A DNA stretch of 64,000 bases from Escherichia phage OES_C-1. The position numbers and the translations under genes were made by a program. A model generated the notes under the pieces. The model did not search any database, had not been told where the DNA came from, and saw only the letters and a list, made by a program, of their open reading frames with translations. The stretch lies in the sequence record PQ553088; one strand, given 5' to 3'. Position 1 is the stretch's first letter. Each line of letters starts with the position of its first letter. Of this stretch, positions 26,899-37,233 are shown in pieces.

Positions 26899-28667
26899 AA
26901 AAGCCACAAGAAATGCAAACGATGCGTAGAAAAGTTATTTCAGATAATAAACCAACACAGGAAGCGGCTAAATCCGCTTCTAATACTTTATCTGGACTTA
27001 ATGATATATCTACGAAATTGGATGATGCTCAAGCTGCTTCTGAATTAATTGCTCAAACTGTCGAAGAAAAATCGAATGAAATAATTGGAGCAATTGACAA
27101 CGTAGAAAACGCAGTGAGTGATACCACTGCTGGTTCTGAGTTAATTGCTGAAACTGTTGAAATTGGCAACAATATTAATAAAGAAATTGGTGAATCACTC
27201 GGGAGCAAATTAGATAAATTAACAAGTTTACTAGAGCAAAAAATTCAGACAGCCGGAATTCAACAAACAGGAACCAGTTTAGCCACAGTTGAAAGCGCTA
27301 TTCCTGTTAAAGTTGTTGAGGATGATACAGCTGAATCTGTGGGTCCTTTATTACCAGCTCCTGAAGCAGTTAATAATGATCCTGATGCTGATTTTTTCCC
27401 CACCCCTCAGCCAGTTGAACCCAAACAAGAATCACCAGAAGAAAAACAGAAAAAAGACGCATTTAACTTAAAATTATCTCAAGCTTTAGATAAATTAACG
27501 AAGACTGTTGATTTTGGATTTAAGAAATCCATTTCAATTACTGATAAAATATCAAGCATGTTATTTAAGTACACCGTCAGTGCTGCTATTGAAGCTGCTA
27601 AAATGACTGCAATGATATTGGCTGTTGTTGTTGGAATAGACCTGTTGATGGTTCATTTCAAATATTGGTCAGATAAATTTTCACAGGCTTGGGATTTGTT
27701 TAGTACAGACTTTACTAAATTCTCTAGCGAAACCGGAACATGGGGTCCTTTATTACAGAGCATCTTTAGTTCTATTGATGAAATTAAAAAATTCTGGGAA
27801 GCGGGAGATTGGGGCGGTTTGACTGTAGCTATTGTAGAAGGGCTTGGAAAAGTTCTTTATAATTTAGGAGAACTTATTCAGCTTGGAATGGCTAAATTAT
27901 CTGCTGCAATTCTTCGAGTCATTCCTGGCATGAAGGATACTGCTGATGAAGTAGAAGGAAGAGCACTAGAAAATTTCCAAAATTCTACTGGAGCATCTCT
28001 CAATAAAGAAGACCAGGAAAAAGTTGCAAATTATCAAGATAAACGAATGAATGGAGACCTCGGTCCAATAGCAGAAGGACTAGATAAAATTGCGAACTGG
28101 AAAACTCGTGCATCTAACTGGATTCGTGGCGTTGATAATAAAGAAGCACTAACTACCGACGAAGAACGTGCAGCAGAAGAAGAAAAATTAAAGCAACTTT
28201 CACCTGAAGAAAGAAAAAATGCTTTAATGAAGGCTAATGAAGCCCGTGCCGCAATGATTCGCTTTGAAAAATATGCTGATTCAGCTGATATGAGTAAAGA
28301 CTCAACAGTTAAATCAGTTGAAGCTGCCTATGAAGACCTTAAAAAACGGATGGATGACCCGGATTTAAATAATTCACCGGCAGTTAAAAAAGAACTTGCT
28401 GCTAGATTTTCTAAAATTGATGCTACTTATCAAGAGCTCAAGAAAAATCAGCCTAATGCCAAACCTGAAACTTCTGCTAAATCGCCAGAAGCAAAACAAG
28501 TCCAGGTAATAGAAAAGAACAAAGCACAGCAAGCTCCTGTTCAACAAGCATCTCCTTCAATCAATAATACTAATAATGTTATTAAGAAAAATACTGTCGT
28601 TCATAATATGACACCCGTAACGAGCACGACTGCTCCTGGTGTATTTGATGCGACTGGAGTTAATTAA
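26895..28667 (+). CDS. 29: baseplate hub / tail length determinator gp29
   Basis: 590 aa. Confidence 0.9.
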   Translation: MKKPQEMQTMRRKVISDNKPTQEAAKSASNTLSGLNDISTKLDDAQAASELIAQTVEEKSNEIIGAIDNVENAVSDTTAGSELIAETVEIGNNINKEIGESLGSKLDKLTSLLEQKIQTAGIQQTGTSLATVESAIPVKVVEDDTAESVGPLLPAPEAVNNDPDADFFPTPQPVEPKQESPEEKQKKDAFNLKLSQALDKLTKTVDFGFKKSISITDKISSMLFKYTVSAAIEAAKMTAMILAVVVGIDLLMVHFKYWSDKFSQAWDLFSTDFTKFSSETGTWGPLLQSIFSSIDEIKKFWEAGDWGGLTVAIVEGLGKVLYNLGELIQLGMAKLSAAILRVIPGMKDTADEVEGRALENFQNSTGASLNKEDQEKVANYQDKRMNGDLGPIAEGLDKIANWKTRASNWIRGVDNKEALTTDEERAAEEEKLKQLSPEERKNALMKANEARAAMIRFEKYADSADMSKDSTVKSVEAAYEDLKKRMDDPDLNNSPAVKKELAARFSKIDATYQELKKNQPNAKPETSAKSPEAKQVQVIEKNKAQQAPVQQASPSINNTNNVIKKNTVVHNMTPVTSTTAPGVFDATGVN

Positions 28668-28675
28668 GGAATAAT

Positions 28676-29770
28676 ATGGCAATTGTTAAAGAAATAACTG
28701 CTGATTTAATTAAAAAGTCCGGTGAGAAAATTTCAGCCGGACAGAGTACTAAATCAGAAGTAGGAACTAAAACATACACAGCCCAGTTTCCAACTGGGCG
28801 TGCTAGTGGGAATGACACTACAGGGGACTTCCAGGTAACAGATCTATATAAGAATGGATTATTATTTACTGCATACAATATGTCATCTAGGGATTCTGGA
28901 AGTCTCAGAACGATGAGATCTAACTACTCTTCTTCATCTTCTAGTATTTTACGTACAGCCAGAAACACTATTAGTAGTACAGTATCAAAACTATCAAATG
29001 GATTAATATCAGATAATAATTCAGGAACAATAAGTAAAGTTCCTGTTGCAAATATTCTTTTACCGAGATCTAAATCCGATGTTGATACATCATCACATAG
29101 ATTTAACGATGTTCAAGAAAGTCTTATCAGCAGAGGCGGAGGTACTGCTACTGGTGTGCTAAGTAATATTGCTTCAACTGCAGTATTTGGAGCACTGGAA
29201 AGTATAACACAAGGTATAATGGCTGATAATAATGAACAGATTTATACGACAGCCAGAAGTATGTATGGTGGTGCTGAGAATAGAACTAAAGTGTTTACAT
29301 GGGATTTGACTCCACGTTCAACAGAAGATTTAATGGCTATTATTAATATCTATCAATATTTTAACTATTTTTCTTATGGTGAAACGGGCAAATCTCAATA
29401 TGCTGCTGAAATAAAGGGGTATTTAGATGATTGGTATCGTTCTACGTTAATTGAACCTTTATCTCCGGAAGACGCAGCTAAAAATAAAACACTATTTGAG
29501 AAAATGACATCGAGTTTAACTAACGTTCTAGTAGTTTCAAACCCGACAATTTGGATGGTGAAAAACTTTGGTGCAACATCTAAGTTTGATGGAAAAACGG
29601 AAATATTTGGCCCATGCCAAATACAAAGCATCAGATTTGATAAAACGCCTAATGGTAACTTTAACGGATTAGCTATTGCTCCAAACCTCCCTAGTACATT
29701 TACTCTTGAGATTACTATGAGAGAAATTATCACGTTAAACCGTGCTTCTTTATATGCGGGGACTTTTTAA
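28676..29770 (+). CDS. 48: baseplate tail tube cap gp48
   Basis: 364 aa. Confidence 0.9.
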   Translation: MAIVKEITADLIKKSGEKISAGQSTKSEVGTKTYTAQFPTGRASGNDTTGDFQVTDLYKNGLLFTAYNMSSRDSGSLRTMRSNYSSSSSSILRTARNTISSTVSKLSNGLISDNNSGTISKVPVANILLPRSKSDVDTSSHRFNDVQESLISRGGGTATGVLSNIASTAVFGALESITQGIMADNNEQIYTTARSMYGGAENRTKVFTWDLTPRSTEDLMAIINIYQYFNYFSYGETGKSQYAAEIKGYLDDWYRSTLIEPLSPEDAAKNKTLFEKMTSSLTNVLVVSNPTIWMVKNFGATSKFDGKTEIFGPCQIQSIRFDKTPNGNFNGLAIAPNLPSTFTLEITMREIITLNRASLYAGTF

Positions 29771-30735
29771 TGTATTCTTTAGAGGAATTTAATAATCAAG
29801 CAATAAACGCAGATTTCCAACGTAATAATATGTTTAGCTGCGTTTTTGCGACAACTCCATCAACTAAAAGCTCTTCGTTGATAAGTTCAATTAGCAACTT
29901 TTCTTATAATAACTTGGGTCTAAATTCAGATTGGTTAGGATTGACTCAAGGCGATATTAATCAGGGAATTACCACGCTAATTACTGCTGGCACACAAAAA
30001 CTGATAAGAAAATCAGGGGTTAGTAAATATCTTATTGGTGCCATGAGTCAACGTACAGTTCAAAGTTTATTGGGCTCATTTACAGTTGGTACATATTTAA
30101 TTGACTTCTTTAACATGGCATATAACTCATCTGGATTGATGATATATTCTGTAAAAATGCCAGAGAATAGATTATCCTATGAAACTGACTGGAACTATAA
30201 TTCTCCTAATATTCGTATAACTGGGAGAGAATTAGACCCTTTGGTTATTTCATTTAGAATGGATTCAGAAGCATGTAATTATCGTGCAATGCAAGACTGG
30301 GTTAACGCTGTTCAAGACCCAGTAACTGGACTGCGTGCTTTGCCACAAGATGTCGAGGCAGACATTCAGGTTAATCTTCATGCTCGTAATGGATTACCTC
30401 ATACTGCTGTGATGTTCACCGGATGCATTCCAGTGTCAGTGAGCGCTCCTGAGTTATCATATGATGGAGATAATCAAATAACTACATTTGATGTTACTTT
30501 TGCGTATAGAGTCATGCAGGCTGGAGCAGTTGATAGACAAGCTGCGCTTGAATGGCTTGAATCTGCTGCTATAAATGGCATTCAAAGCGTTCTCGGAAAT
30601 AGTGGAGGTGTTACTGGACTATCTAATTCGCTTTCACGACTTAGTAGATTAGGAGGAACTGCTGGAAGCATTTCAAACATTAATACTATGACGGGAATTG
30701 TCAACTCGCAAAGTAAAATATTAGGAGCAATATAA
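29770..30735 (+). CDS. 54: baseplate tail tube initiator gp54
   Basis: 321 aa; terminator hairpin downstream. Confidence 0.9.
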   Translation: MYSLEEFNNQAINADFQRNNMFSCVFATTPSTKSSSLISSISNFSYNNLGLNSDWLGLTQGDINQGITTLITAGTQKLIRKSGVSKYLIGAMSQRTVQSLLGSFTVGTYLIDFFNMAYNSSGLMIYSVKMPENRLSYETDWNYNSPNIRITGRELDPLVISFRMDSEACNYRAMQDWVNAVQDPVTGLRALPQDVEADIQVNLHARNGLPHTAVMFTGCIPVSVSAPELSYDGDNQITTFDVTFAYRVMQAGAVDRQAALEWLESAAINGIQSVLGNSGGVTGLSNSLSRLSRLGGTAGSISNINTMTGIVNSQSKILGAI

Positions 30736-30737
30736 CA

Positions 30738-30765
30738 ATGGGGACCGAAAGGTCCCCATGTTTTT
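30738..30765 (+). terminator. intrinsic terminator after gene 54
   Basis: ATGGGGACC-GAAA-GGTCCCCAT followed by GTTTTTATTT. Confidence 0.7.
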
Positions 30766-31054
30766 ATTTACGGAATGAAATAAAAGCAGCAACTGAAGCA
30801 ACTAAACTGTCTTCAATATAAACTTCAATTTTTACCGGAGTTTCTGACTCAAATTTACCTGTTACTACACCCTGGAAAATGCTTTCAGTCTGTTCTGGCT
30901 TTGAGAAATTTTCAGAAGGAAAAATTCCGAACTTTTTATCTGTTCCAAAAATTTTGATAAATTCGTCGTAAACCGCTTCATTAAAAGCGTTATCAGCAGG
31001 AATAACGCCTTCAACTATGAGTTCTTGACCTAAAAAGCGCAAAGAAGATTTCAT
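30764..31054 (-). CDS. hypothetical protein (gene 54-alt intergenic ORF)
   Basis: 96-aa ORF with early promoter and GAGG RBS upstream. Confidence 0.55.
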   Translation of the reverse strand: MKSSLRFLGQELIVEGVIPADNAFNEAVYDEFIKIFGTDKKFGIFPSENFSKPEQTESIFQGVVTGKFESETPVKIEVYIEDSLVASVAAFISFRK

Positions 31055-31085
31055 TTTGTGTTCCTCATGTTATGTCAGTAAGATT

Positions 31086-31115
31086 ATTATAACACAACAC
31101 GAGTGACTTGTAAAC
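31086..31115 (-). promoter_or_regulatory. early (sigma70-type) promoter GTTTAC-N18-TATAAT
   Basis: Minus strand GTTTAC (31110-31115) and TATAAT (31086-31091); drives the 96-aa ORF. Confidence 0.55.
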
Positions 31116-33172
31116 TACATCTTGAACTTTTTAGACATTCCATTGATGTTAACCAAAGAAGCCAAGATTTGAGAAACTTCATTTTCCTCTTCTTTTGATT
31201 CTTCTACAAGGAATTGGTTAAATCCAGTCATTGGACGAACTTCACCAGTTTCCATCAGATGGTCACCATCATATACCGATTCTTCTAATTGTTCAGAAGG
31301 AGGAACGATTGTGCCTTCGATTAGATACTTGTTATAAGCAGTTTCTTTCATCATGTACGTACTCACTTTATTAATCTTCAGCAAAATTCCACGCGGTAGA
31401 ATAACTTCAGCTTCTGATGGAAATCCTGATAAATGACCTGGAACGATAACTTTGATTCGCTCAGCTCCTTTAATTACCATACCCACGCTAGTTTCAGCAT
31501 CTTCATTGGCATACGCAGAATGACTGCCCATATGCATTAAATCTTCAGCATCAACGGAACCTTCTCCTTCACCAGAAAATACTGCACTGGAATCATCTAG
31601 GGCCATATAGTTTTTACCATACTCACCGAAGATATTTGGTTTAAGTGATGTGGATACGAAGTTCTTGAAATAGAACATTTTATTTTCAATATTATGACGT
31701 AAAGTTTTAAAGGTAACTTCTTGGCCACGGTAAAGCGTAGTTCCTGGAGGAAGAACTGATCCTTTGGCAAAGGCAGAATCCATTGTCTCGATGTGTTTAA
31801 TAGCTCGTTCCATGTATTCTTCACGTGTAGAATCTGGTTTACCTAAAAGGAACGAGTTCATTTCAACATATGAATCTGCACAATAATCTTCAATTACATC
31901 AGACTCAGCTTGAGTTAATCCTTTTGGAGTTACTTCAGTACTTGCATATTCATACGCTTGAGAAGCAGACTCATTAATCAATTTATAAACGCCATTCATG
32001 ACAAATTGAACAATAGCTACCTTTTCATCTGGCGTGGCTTTAGAACCTTTAACTAAATCATTGATAATTTTCTTAATAACATCAAAGCTATTAGAAATAT
32101 TAATGTCAGCAAGATCGCTTAAAATTTTATCAGTTTTATAATCAAAAAATTCTTTATTCTTTAAATATTCCTGAGAACCTTGATATGTTATATCGCTCTG
32201 TAACTTGATAGATGGATCACGTAAACGTGCATGAGCCAATGCAATATGATTTCGGAAGCTTTCGAGTTCATAATCACTAGATTTAAAACGAGAAGCACTT
32301 CTCATACCACCGATAGCTCCTTTGCTGAAGTTTGAACCAACCTGAATAACGCCGGAGTTCATTGGTCCTTCTGCTTTATATACCGGAACTTTAGATTCAA
32401 ACTCTTGATATTTCTTAGCAGCGAAGCTATCACCCTGAAGTGAAGCATCGACAGTAGAGTATTGAGCTTGTGCTGCTAATCGACGACTAATTTTAGTTTT
32501 CTGAATAACAGCTTGATCTGTGCGCTTATCATTTTCTAAAGCAATAGAAGCAGCAACAGCGACAGCTTTAGGAACAGCATTACCTGTTTTAACATCTACA
32601 TAAACATCACCAACCTTTGATTCAACTTTTGTGAATAACTCAGTTGAAATAGGAGGTACACCTGGAATGTCTTCTAAATTGGCATTTTTACGGTAAACCA
32701 TAATATATGCATATTTCTTATCATAGTCCCAGATTTCCTTTAAAAGAACATATCGACCTGCTCCTTTAGTACGTACTAAACGGTCGGCAATAACTTGCAT
32801 TTGACGAGCAGCGCCATTTGTTTTACTTTTTAGTACGCGGAATAGGCATGCGTCAATTTTATACTGTTTCATTGTTTGAAGAGCAGTATCAAAAACCGCA
32901 TTAATGACACCAATTGGATTTCCACCCAAGTTTTTAAGTTTAACTAATGATAGTTTTTCATTGACACCTATCATTACGATATGCATCATTTTATCGCCTG
33001 GCTTAACGTTTTTATTTGTATCACCGCCAGAGGTGTATGTACAAAATCTAAATCCAGGAAGCACACTTTCTTCACCTGCTTGAATAGCAAAAATTTGAGG
33101 TATTTTATGCTTAGGATTTAAGTTAACAACCGGCGCCGAAGCGCCGTCAAATAATTCTGTAATAAGTTCCAT
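31115..33172 (-). CDS. Alt-family ADP-ribosyltransferase paralog (685 aa)
   Basis: N-terminal ~230 aa about 65% identical to the adjacent Alt; ART R-S-EXE motifs (YRGQ, FVSTSL, EAEVILPRG). Confidence 0.8.
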   Translation of the reverse strand: MELITELFDGASAPVVNLNPKHKIPQIFAIQAGEESVLPGFRFCTYTSGGDTNKNVKPGDKMMHIVMIGVNEKLSLVKLKNLGGNPIGVINAVFDTALQTMKQYKIDACLFRVLKSKTNGAARQMQVIADRLVRTKGAGRYVLLKEIWDYDKKYAYIMVYRKNANLEDIPGVPPISTELFTKVESKVGDVYVDVKTGNAVPKAVAVAASIALENDKRTDQAVIQKTKISRRLAAQAQYSTVDASLQGDSFAAKKYQEFESKVPVYKAEGPMNSGVIQVGSNFSKGAIGGMRSASRFKSSDYELESFRNHIALAHARLRDPSIKLQSDITYQGSQEYLKNKEFFDYKTDKILSDLADINISNSFDVIKKIINDLVKGSKATPDEKVAIVQFVMNGVYKLINESASQAYEYASTEVTPKGLTQAESDVIEDYCADSYVEMNSFLLGKPDSTREEYMERAIKHIETMDSAFAKGSVLPPGTTLYRGQEVTFKTLRHNIENKMFYFKNFVSTSLKPNIFGEYGKNYMALDDSSAVFSGEGEGSVDAEDLMHMGSHSAYANEDAETSVGMVIKGAERIKVIVPGHLSGFPSEAEVILPRGILLKINKVSTYMMKETAYNKYLIEGTIVPPSEQLEESVYDGDHLMETGEVRPMTGFNQFLVEESKEEENEVSQILASLVNINGMSKKFKM

Positions 33173-33175
33173 GAT

Positions 33176-35272
33176 TTATCCTTGAACGAACTTGTAAGGC
33201 ATGTTTGTAATATCTATGCAAGACGCAATAATTCCAAGAGATGATTCTACTTTCTGTTTAACATTTGATGAAACAAATGATGCAAAGTCAACTCTGTCTT
33301 CTATTTCAATATCACCTGTCATTGCAACTACTTCACCAGTTTCCATTAGACGGTCACCGTCATAAATTACTGATTCGGTGAGTTCTTCCGTAGTCATAAC
33401 TTCAGCTTGAATGAGTTTTGTATTATTAGATGTTGTTCCGTCATTATTAGAAGCATCAGTTATTTTATTAACTTTGACCATCAATCCGCGTGGTAGAATT
33501 ACTTCAGCTTCTGTTGCTATTCCGAGACTTCCTGGATATACAACATTAACTTTATGAGCTCCATCAATTGCCCATCCTATTTGAACTTTAACGTATTCAG
33601 GATTTTCTTTATACGCTCTTATTTCGTTTGGATTAATAGTTATTCCTTCTTCATTTTTATCAACTGTTAATTCATTGCGAGCTTCTGGTTCTAAAAGACC
33701 GATACCAGCATGTGTAATTCCAAAACGTCCAAAAATGATAGGAGTTAAAGAAGTAGATACAAAATTTCTGAAATAGAACACTTTATTTTTAACTAGTGCT
33801 TCGTATATAGGAGCAGTCATACTTTGAGCACGATAAACTGTAATGCCTTCTGGTATACGGTCACCATTTTCAAAAGCTGAATCTAAGTTATTTATAGCAG
33901 ATTCAATTTCTTTTTCACTCATTACATCATATCGTTCTGGATTGTAGCGGCCTAAAAGAAGATTATTGATGTCAGTATATCCTGATCCACAATACTCTCT
34001 AATGCCGCGCTTTTGCGATGGAGTATATTTAGAACCATCACGTGCAATGGTAATATCAATCATTGGACCTGCACCAATTCCAGAAAAGCTATAAATCATT
34101 CGTTTGAGGAATTTAGTTTTTGCTGCGTTCCAGGAATTTTTAGTTATTTCTTCCCAGACTTCATCTGGCTGCCCTTTACGAGTTTTATTATGTTTATCAA
34201 GCCAATTATCTTTATATTCTTCAAAGAGTTGATTAATAGCTGCTGCGTATTTCTCTAAACATTTTATTGAAGTAGTTGGTTCATTTTTAATCGCATTAAG
34301 AATTACATCTTTAATTTTTTCAGAAACTTCATCAACCTCACTTTTTGAAAAGAATTTATAGTCATAGTGAAGTTCATTTGCAGTTCCTTCGGCAATAATT
34401 TTTGCTGCCTTAGTTTTAGAAGCTAATGAATTAATTCCAAGCTTCATTTCTTCTGCTTCGGGAATTAAAGGAGCGGTAGCAGGTTTATTAAAATTAGCTG
34501 CGGTAGATTCATACTTCTGGAATAATTCACTTTCAAATCTAGAAGATTCTAATGACTGACTTTGCGCAATTGCTCTACGGGAAATTTTAACTTTAACAAT
34601 AACAGCTTGGTCAGAACGTTTATCATTTTCTTGTGCAATAGATGCTGCAATTGCCTCATTTTTAGTTACTTGAGCTCCGGTATCTTTATTGATATAAACA
34701 TCGCCGACCTTCGATTCAACTTTAGTAAAGAGCTCGGTACTAATTTCCGGAACTCCTGGAATGTCTTCTAGTGATACATTTTTGCGATGTATAAGAATAT
34801 ATGCATACTTTTTATCATAATCCCAGAGTTCCTTAAGAAGGACGTATCTGCCACCTGAACGACTACGGATAAGTCTATCAGCAATAACTTGAATTTGTCG
34901 AGCTTGACCAGCAGTTTTAGACTTAAGAATACGAAGCATACAGGCATCAATTTTATACTGACGCATTGTTTGCATTGCAACAGTAAAAACTGAATTGATG
35001 TAATTAATTGGGCTTGGACCGAGACCTTTTAATTTAGCAATTGAACCTTTAGCAGTTAGTGTAAAAGGAACAATGTGCATCATTTTATCGCCCATCTTTA
35101 AATCACGGTTAGTATCACCTCCAGATGTATATGTACATAAACGAAAGCCTGGTTGCTCAATTGCGTCATCAACATGAACTGAAAAAATTTGCGGTATTTT
35201 CTTCTTTGGATTTAAGTTTGTAATCGGAAGAGTAGTATCTTCGTCAAATAATTCTGTAATAAGTTCCATCAT
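33176..35272 (-). CDS. alt: Alt ADP-ribosyltransferase (packaged internal head protein), 698 aa
   Basis: MELITELFD N-terminus; ART motifs YRAQ, FVSTSL, EAEVILPRG; minus-strand late promoter at 35293-35300. Confidence 0.85.
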   Translation of the reverse strand: MMELITELFDEDTTLPITNLNPKKKIPQIFSVHVDDAIEQPGFRLCTYTSGGDTNRDLKMGDKMMHIVPFTLTAKGSIAKLKGLGPSPINYINSVFTVAMQTMRQYKIDACMLRILKSKTAGQARQIQVIADRLIRSRSGGRYVLLKELWDYDKKYAYILIHRKNVSLEDIPGVPEISTELFTKVESKVGDVYINKDTGAQVTKNEAIAASIAQENDKRSDQAVIVKVKISRRAIAQSQSLESSRFESELFQKYESTAANFNKPATAPLIPEAEEMKLGINSLASKTKAAKIIAEGTANELHYDYKFFSKSEVDEVSEKIKDVILNAIKNEPTTSIKCLEKYAAAINQLFEEYKDNWLDKHNKTRKGQPDEVWEEITKNSWNAAKTKFLKRMIYSFSGIGAGPMIDITIARDGSKYTPSQKRGIREYCGSGYTDINNLLLGRYNPERYDVMSEKEIESAINNLDSAFENGDRIPEGITVYRAQSMTAPIYEALVKNKVFYFRNFVSTSLTPIIFGRFGITHAGIGLLEPEARNELTVDKNEEGITINPNEIRAYKENPEYVKVQIGWAIDGAHKVNVVYPGSLGIATEAEVILPRGLMVKVNKITDASNNDGTTSNNTKLIQAEVMTTEELTESVIYDGDRLMETGEVVAMTGDIEIEDRVDFASFVSSNVKQKVESSLGIIASCIDITNMPYKFVQG

Positions 35273-35292
35273 ATCCTCTCTAGTGTTTATTC

Positions 35293-35300
35293 TATTTATA
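35293..35300 (-). promoter_or_regulatory. late promoter TATAAATA (alt)
   Basis: Plus TATTTATA, 21 nt upstream of the 698-aa Alt start. Confidence 0.55.
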
Positions 35301-35321
35301 AAATTAAAGGCCCGAAGGCCT

Positions 35322-35510
35322 TTAATAATCTAGTGGTAAGAGAGTACGGTATATTTCAAACTTTGGACCTTTTTCGTAGGCATCAAATGTTTCTGTAAAT
35401 TTATTATAAGCATACGCATCTACAAATTCGAGAATGACTTGCGATACCGAAGTAGAAACATCTCCACCTTCTTTTTGAGCAACGACAATTGTTTCTAAGT
35501 AAGCTTTCAT
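35322..35510 (-). CDS. hypothetical protein (alt.1 position)
   Basis: 62-aa ORF overlapping gene 30 stop by 4 nt. Confidence 0.5.
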   Translation of the reverse strand: MKAYLETIVVAQKEGGDVSTSVSQVILEFVDAYAYNKFTETFDAYEKGPKFEIYRTLLPLDY

Positions 35511-36967
35511 AGACCAGTTACCTCATGAAAATCACCAAATACATCCTCGAATGTATTAGCTTTAGTTTTATCTTCACGTAAACGAATCGCAATTGGAAGA
35601 AATAATTTAACGTAATCAGTGCGGCCATCAGATTTTAACCAACCGTTGCATTCGCACTCTAAAATTTTTCCAATATAATAATTTTGGTTTTCCATAATGC
35701 GAGTACGGTCAAGTTCATGTGATTTTACACCAGCTTTATCTTTTAAGCCCGAACCAGCATTTACCTTAATTTTTCCACACTCTGATTCAAGAATAAATCC
35801 ACCTGCTTTAGTAGGGTCTTTACGGTGAGGATAAATTCCTACAATTTTTAAATCAACATCAATTACTTCTTTAAATTTATAGAGATTTTTTGAACGAGCA
35901 TTTTCCCACAATCCATCGGTATTTTTGAGAATAATACCTTCAAGACCTTGGTCAATATATTTTTTATAAATTACCTTAGCTTCATCTAGGTTATTTACTA
36001 CCTGGTTTTCAATTAAAATTACTTTATCATATCCTGATGTCATTTGTTCTAGTTTAGAAAAACGTACATCATATTTTAAACGAAACGTCGGAAGACCGTA
36101 TATTTCTACTAACGGAACATAATCCCAGACCTGAAACTTCATGCATTTGGCTTCTTTTTCTGAAATAGTTCCCTTTAAAGATTTATTGGCGATTCCATTA
36201 GAAGCAGTACGAGATTCAGCTACTTCGGCAAACTCTTTAGCTTTACTATTTTCAGGAGCATCAAAAAGAAAATCTAGGCCTTCTGGTTCCTTTTCAACTT
36301 GCTCATGGTATACCAATTCGCCATCAATTAACACACCTTCTGGATGAATCTGGCGGGCTTCAGCGGTCATTTTGATTAACTCTTCCTTAAGAAGATCTAA
36401 TCCTAGATATTCATTACCAGCTCGTGATAAAAGACGAACATCATCTAATTCATCTCCTCTGACTTCAGCAAAACACCGAGCTCCATCTGCTTTTAACTGC
36501 GCAAAAGCTGGAAATTTTATATTCTTACTAATGCCTTTTTCATCATAAGAACTTGCCAGCATTTGAGGTTGTTCAGGAATTAAACCTGGCCAAACTTTGT
36601 TTGCAATAGATACTGAAGCACCACATTCAAGGTCTCGCATCATAACTCGACGCAAAACTTCAACATCATCCTTTTTACCATCGGTGATATAACCAGTTAA
36701 TTCCTCAATTGCCGCGTTTCCAGTCAATTTCCGAGTAGCTAACGTGAATTCAATGAAGTCAAGCATATCGGTAATAGTCAGCATTCCAAAACTCTGGGTA
36801 GCAATACCAGGTTTAGGCCATTTCTTAATATAATACTGTAACCCGCGAGAATAAGTCAGACGATATACTCGTTTAAGCAATTCATTATCTTTATTCTTTT
36901 CAAGAATTGCTTGCTTCTGCTTAGTTGATCCAATAGATGCTATTTCATTCAGAATTTTAAGAATCAT
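35507..36967 (-). CDS. 30: ATP-dependent DNA ligase gp30
   Basis: 486 aa; adenylation motif KADGARCF. Confidence 0.95.
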   Translation of the reverse strand: MILKILNEIASIGSTKQKQAILEKNKDNELLKRVYRLTYSRGLQYYIKKWPKPGIATQSFGMLTITDMLDFIEFTLATRKLTGNAAIEELTGYITDGKKDDVEVLRRVMMRDLECGASVSIANKVWPGLIPEQPQMLASSYDEKGISKNIKFPAFAQLKADGARCFAEVRGDELDDVRLLSRAGNEYLGLDLLKEELIKMTAEARQIHPEGVLIDGELVYHEQVEKEPEGLDFLFDAPENSKAKEFAEVAESRTASNGIANKSLKGTISEKEAKCMKFQVWDYVPLVEIYGLPTFRLKYDVRFSKLEQMTSGYDKVILIENQVVNNLDEAKVIYKKYIDQGLEGIILKNTDGLWENARSKNLYKFKEVIDVDLKIVGIYPHRKDPTKAGGFILESECGKIKVNAGSGLKDKAGVKSHELDRTRIMENQNYYIGKILECECNGWLKSDGRTDYVKLFLPIAIRLREDKTKANTFEDVFGDFHEVTGL

Positions 36968-37233
36968 TGCTCATCCTTCAAGGTTTGGTTTACAGCTCTA
37001 TTATAAATCAATTCATCATTAAGCTCAGGCAAAGACTTATGATATGTAGTTCTAACTTTATTTCCTTGCATCCAGTGCTTGACGTAAATGAAACCTTGCT
37101 CTACACATTTTTTAAAAATTCGTTCGTCTTTTTGAGCTCGGAATTCTGGATTGCATCTAAAAAATTGATTTACGTGACCGTAATCACGTGTAGTATTACC
37201 TTCATTTTCATAAATAGTATGAACAACAAACAT
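36964..37233 (-). CDS. hypothetical protein (30.1 position)
   Basis: 89-aa ORF. Confidence 0.55.
   Translation of the reverse strand: MFVVHTIYENEGNTTRDYGHVNQFFRCNPEFRAQKDERIFKKCVEQGFIYVKHWMQGNKVRTTYHKSLPELNDELIYNRAVNQTLKDEQ

Noticed and set aside
33131-33146. GC-rich UUCG-type hairpin (CGGCGCC-GAAG-CGCCG) as a possible terminator
   Set aside because: It lies inside the 5' coding region of the 685-aa Alt paralog with no U-run; more likely a coding-sequence coincidence or a minor mRNA structure.
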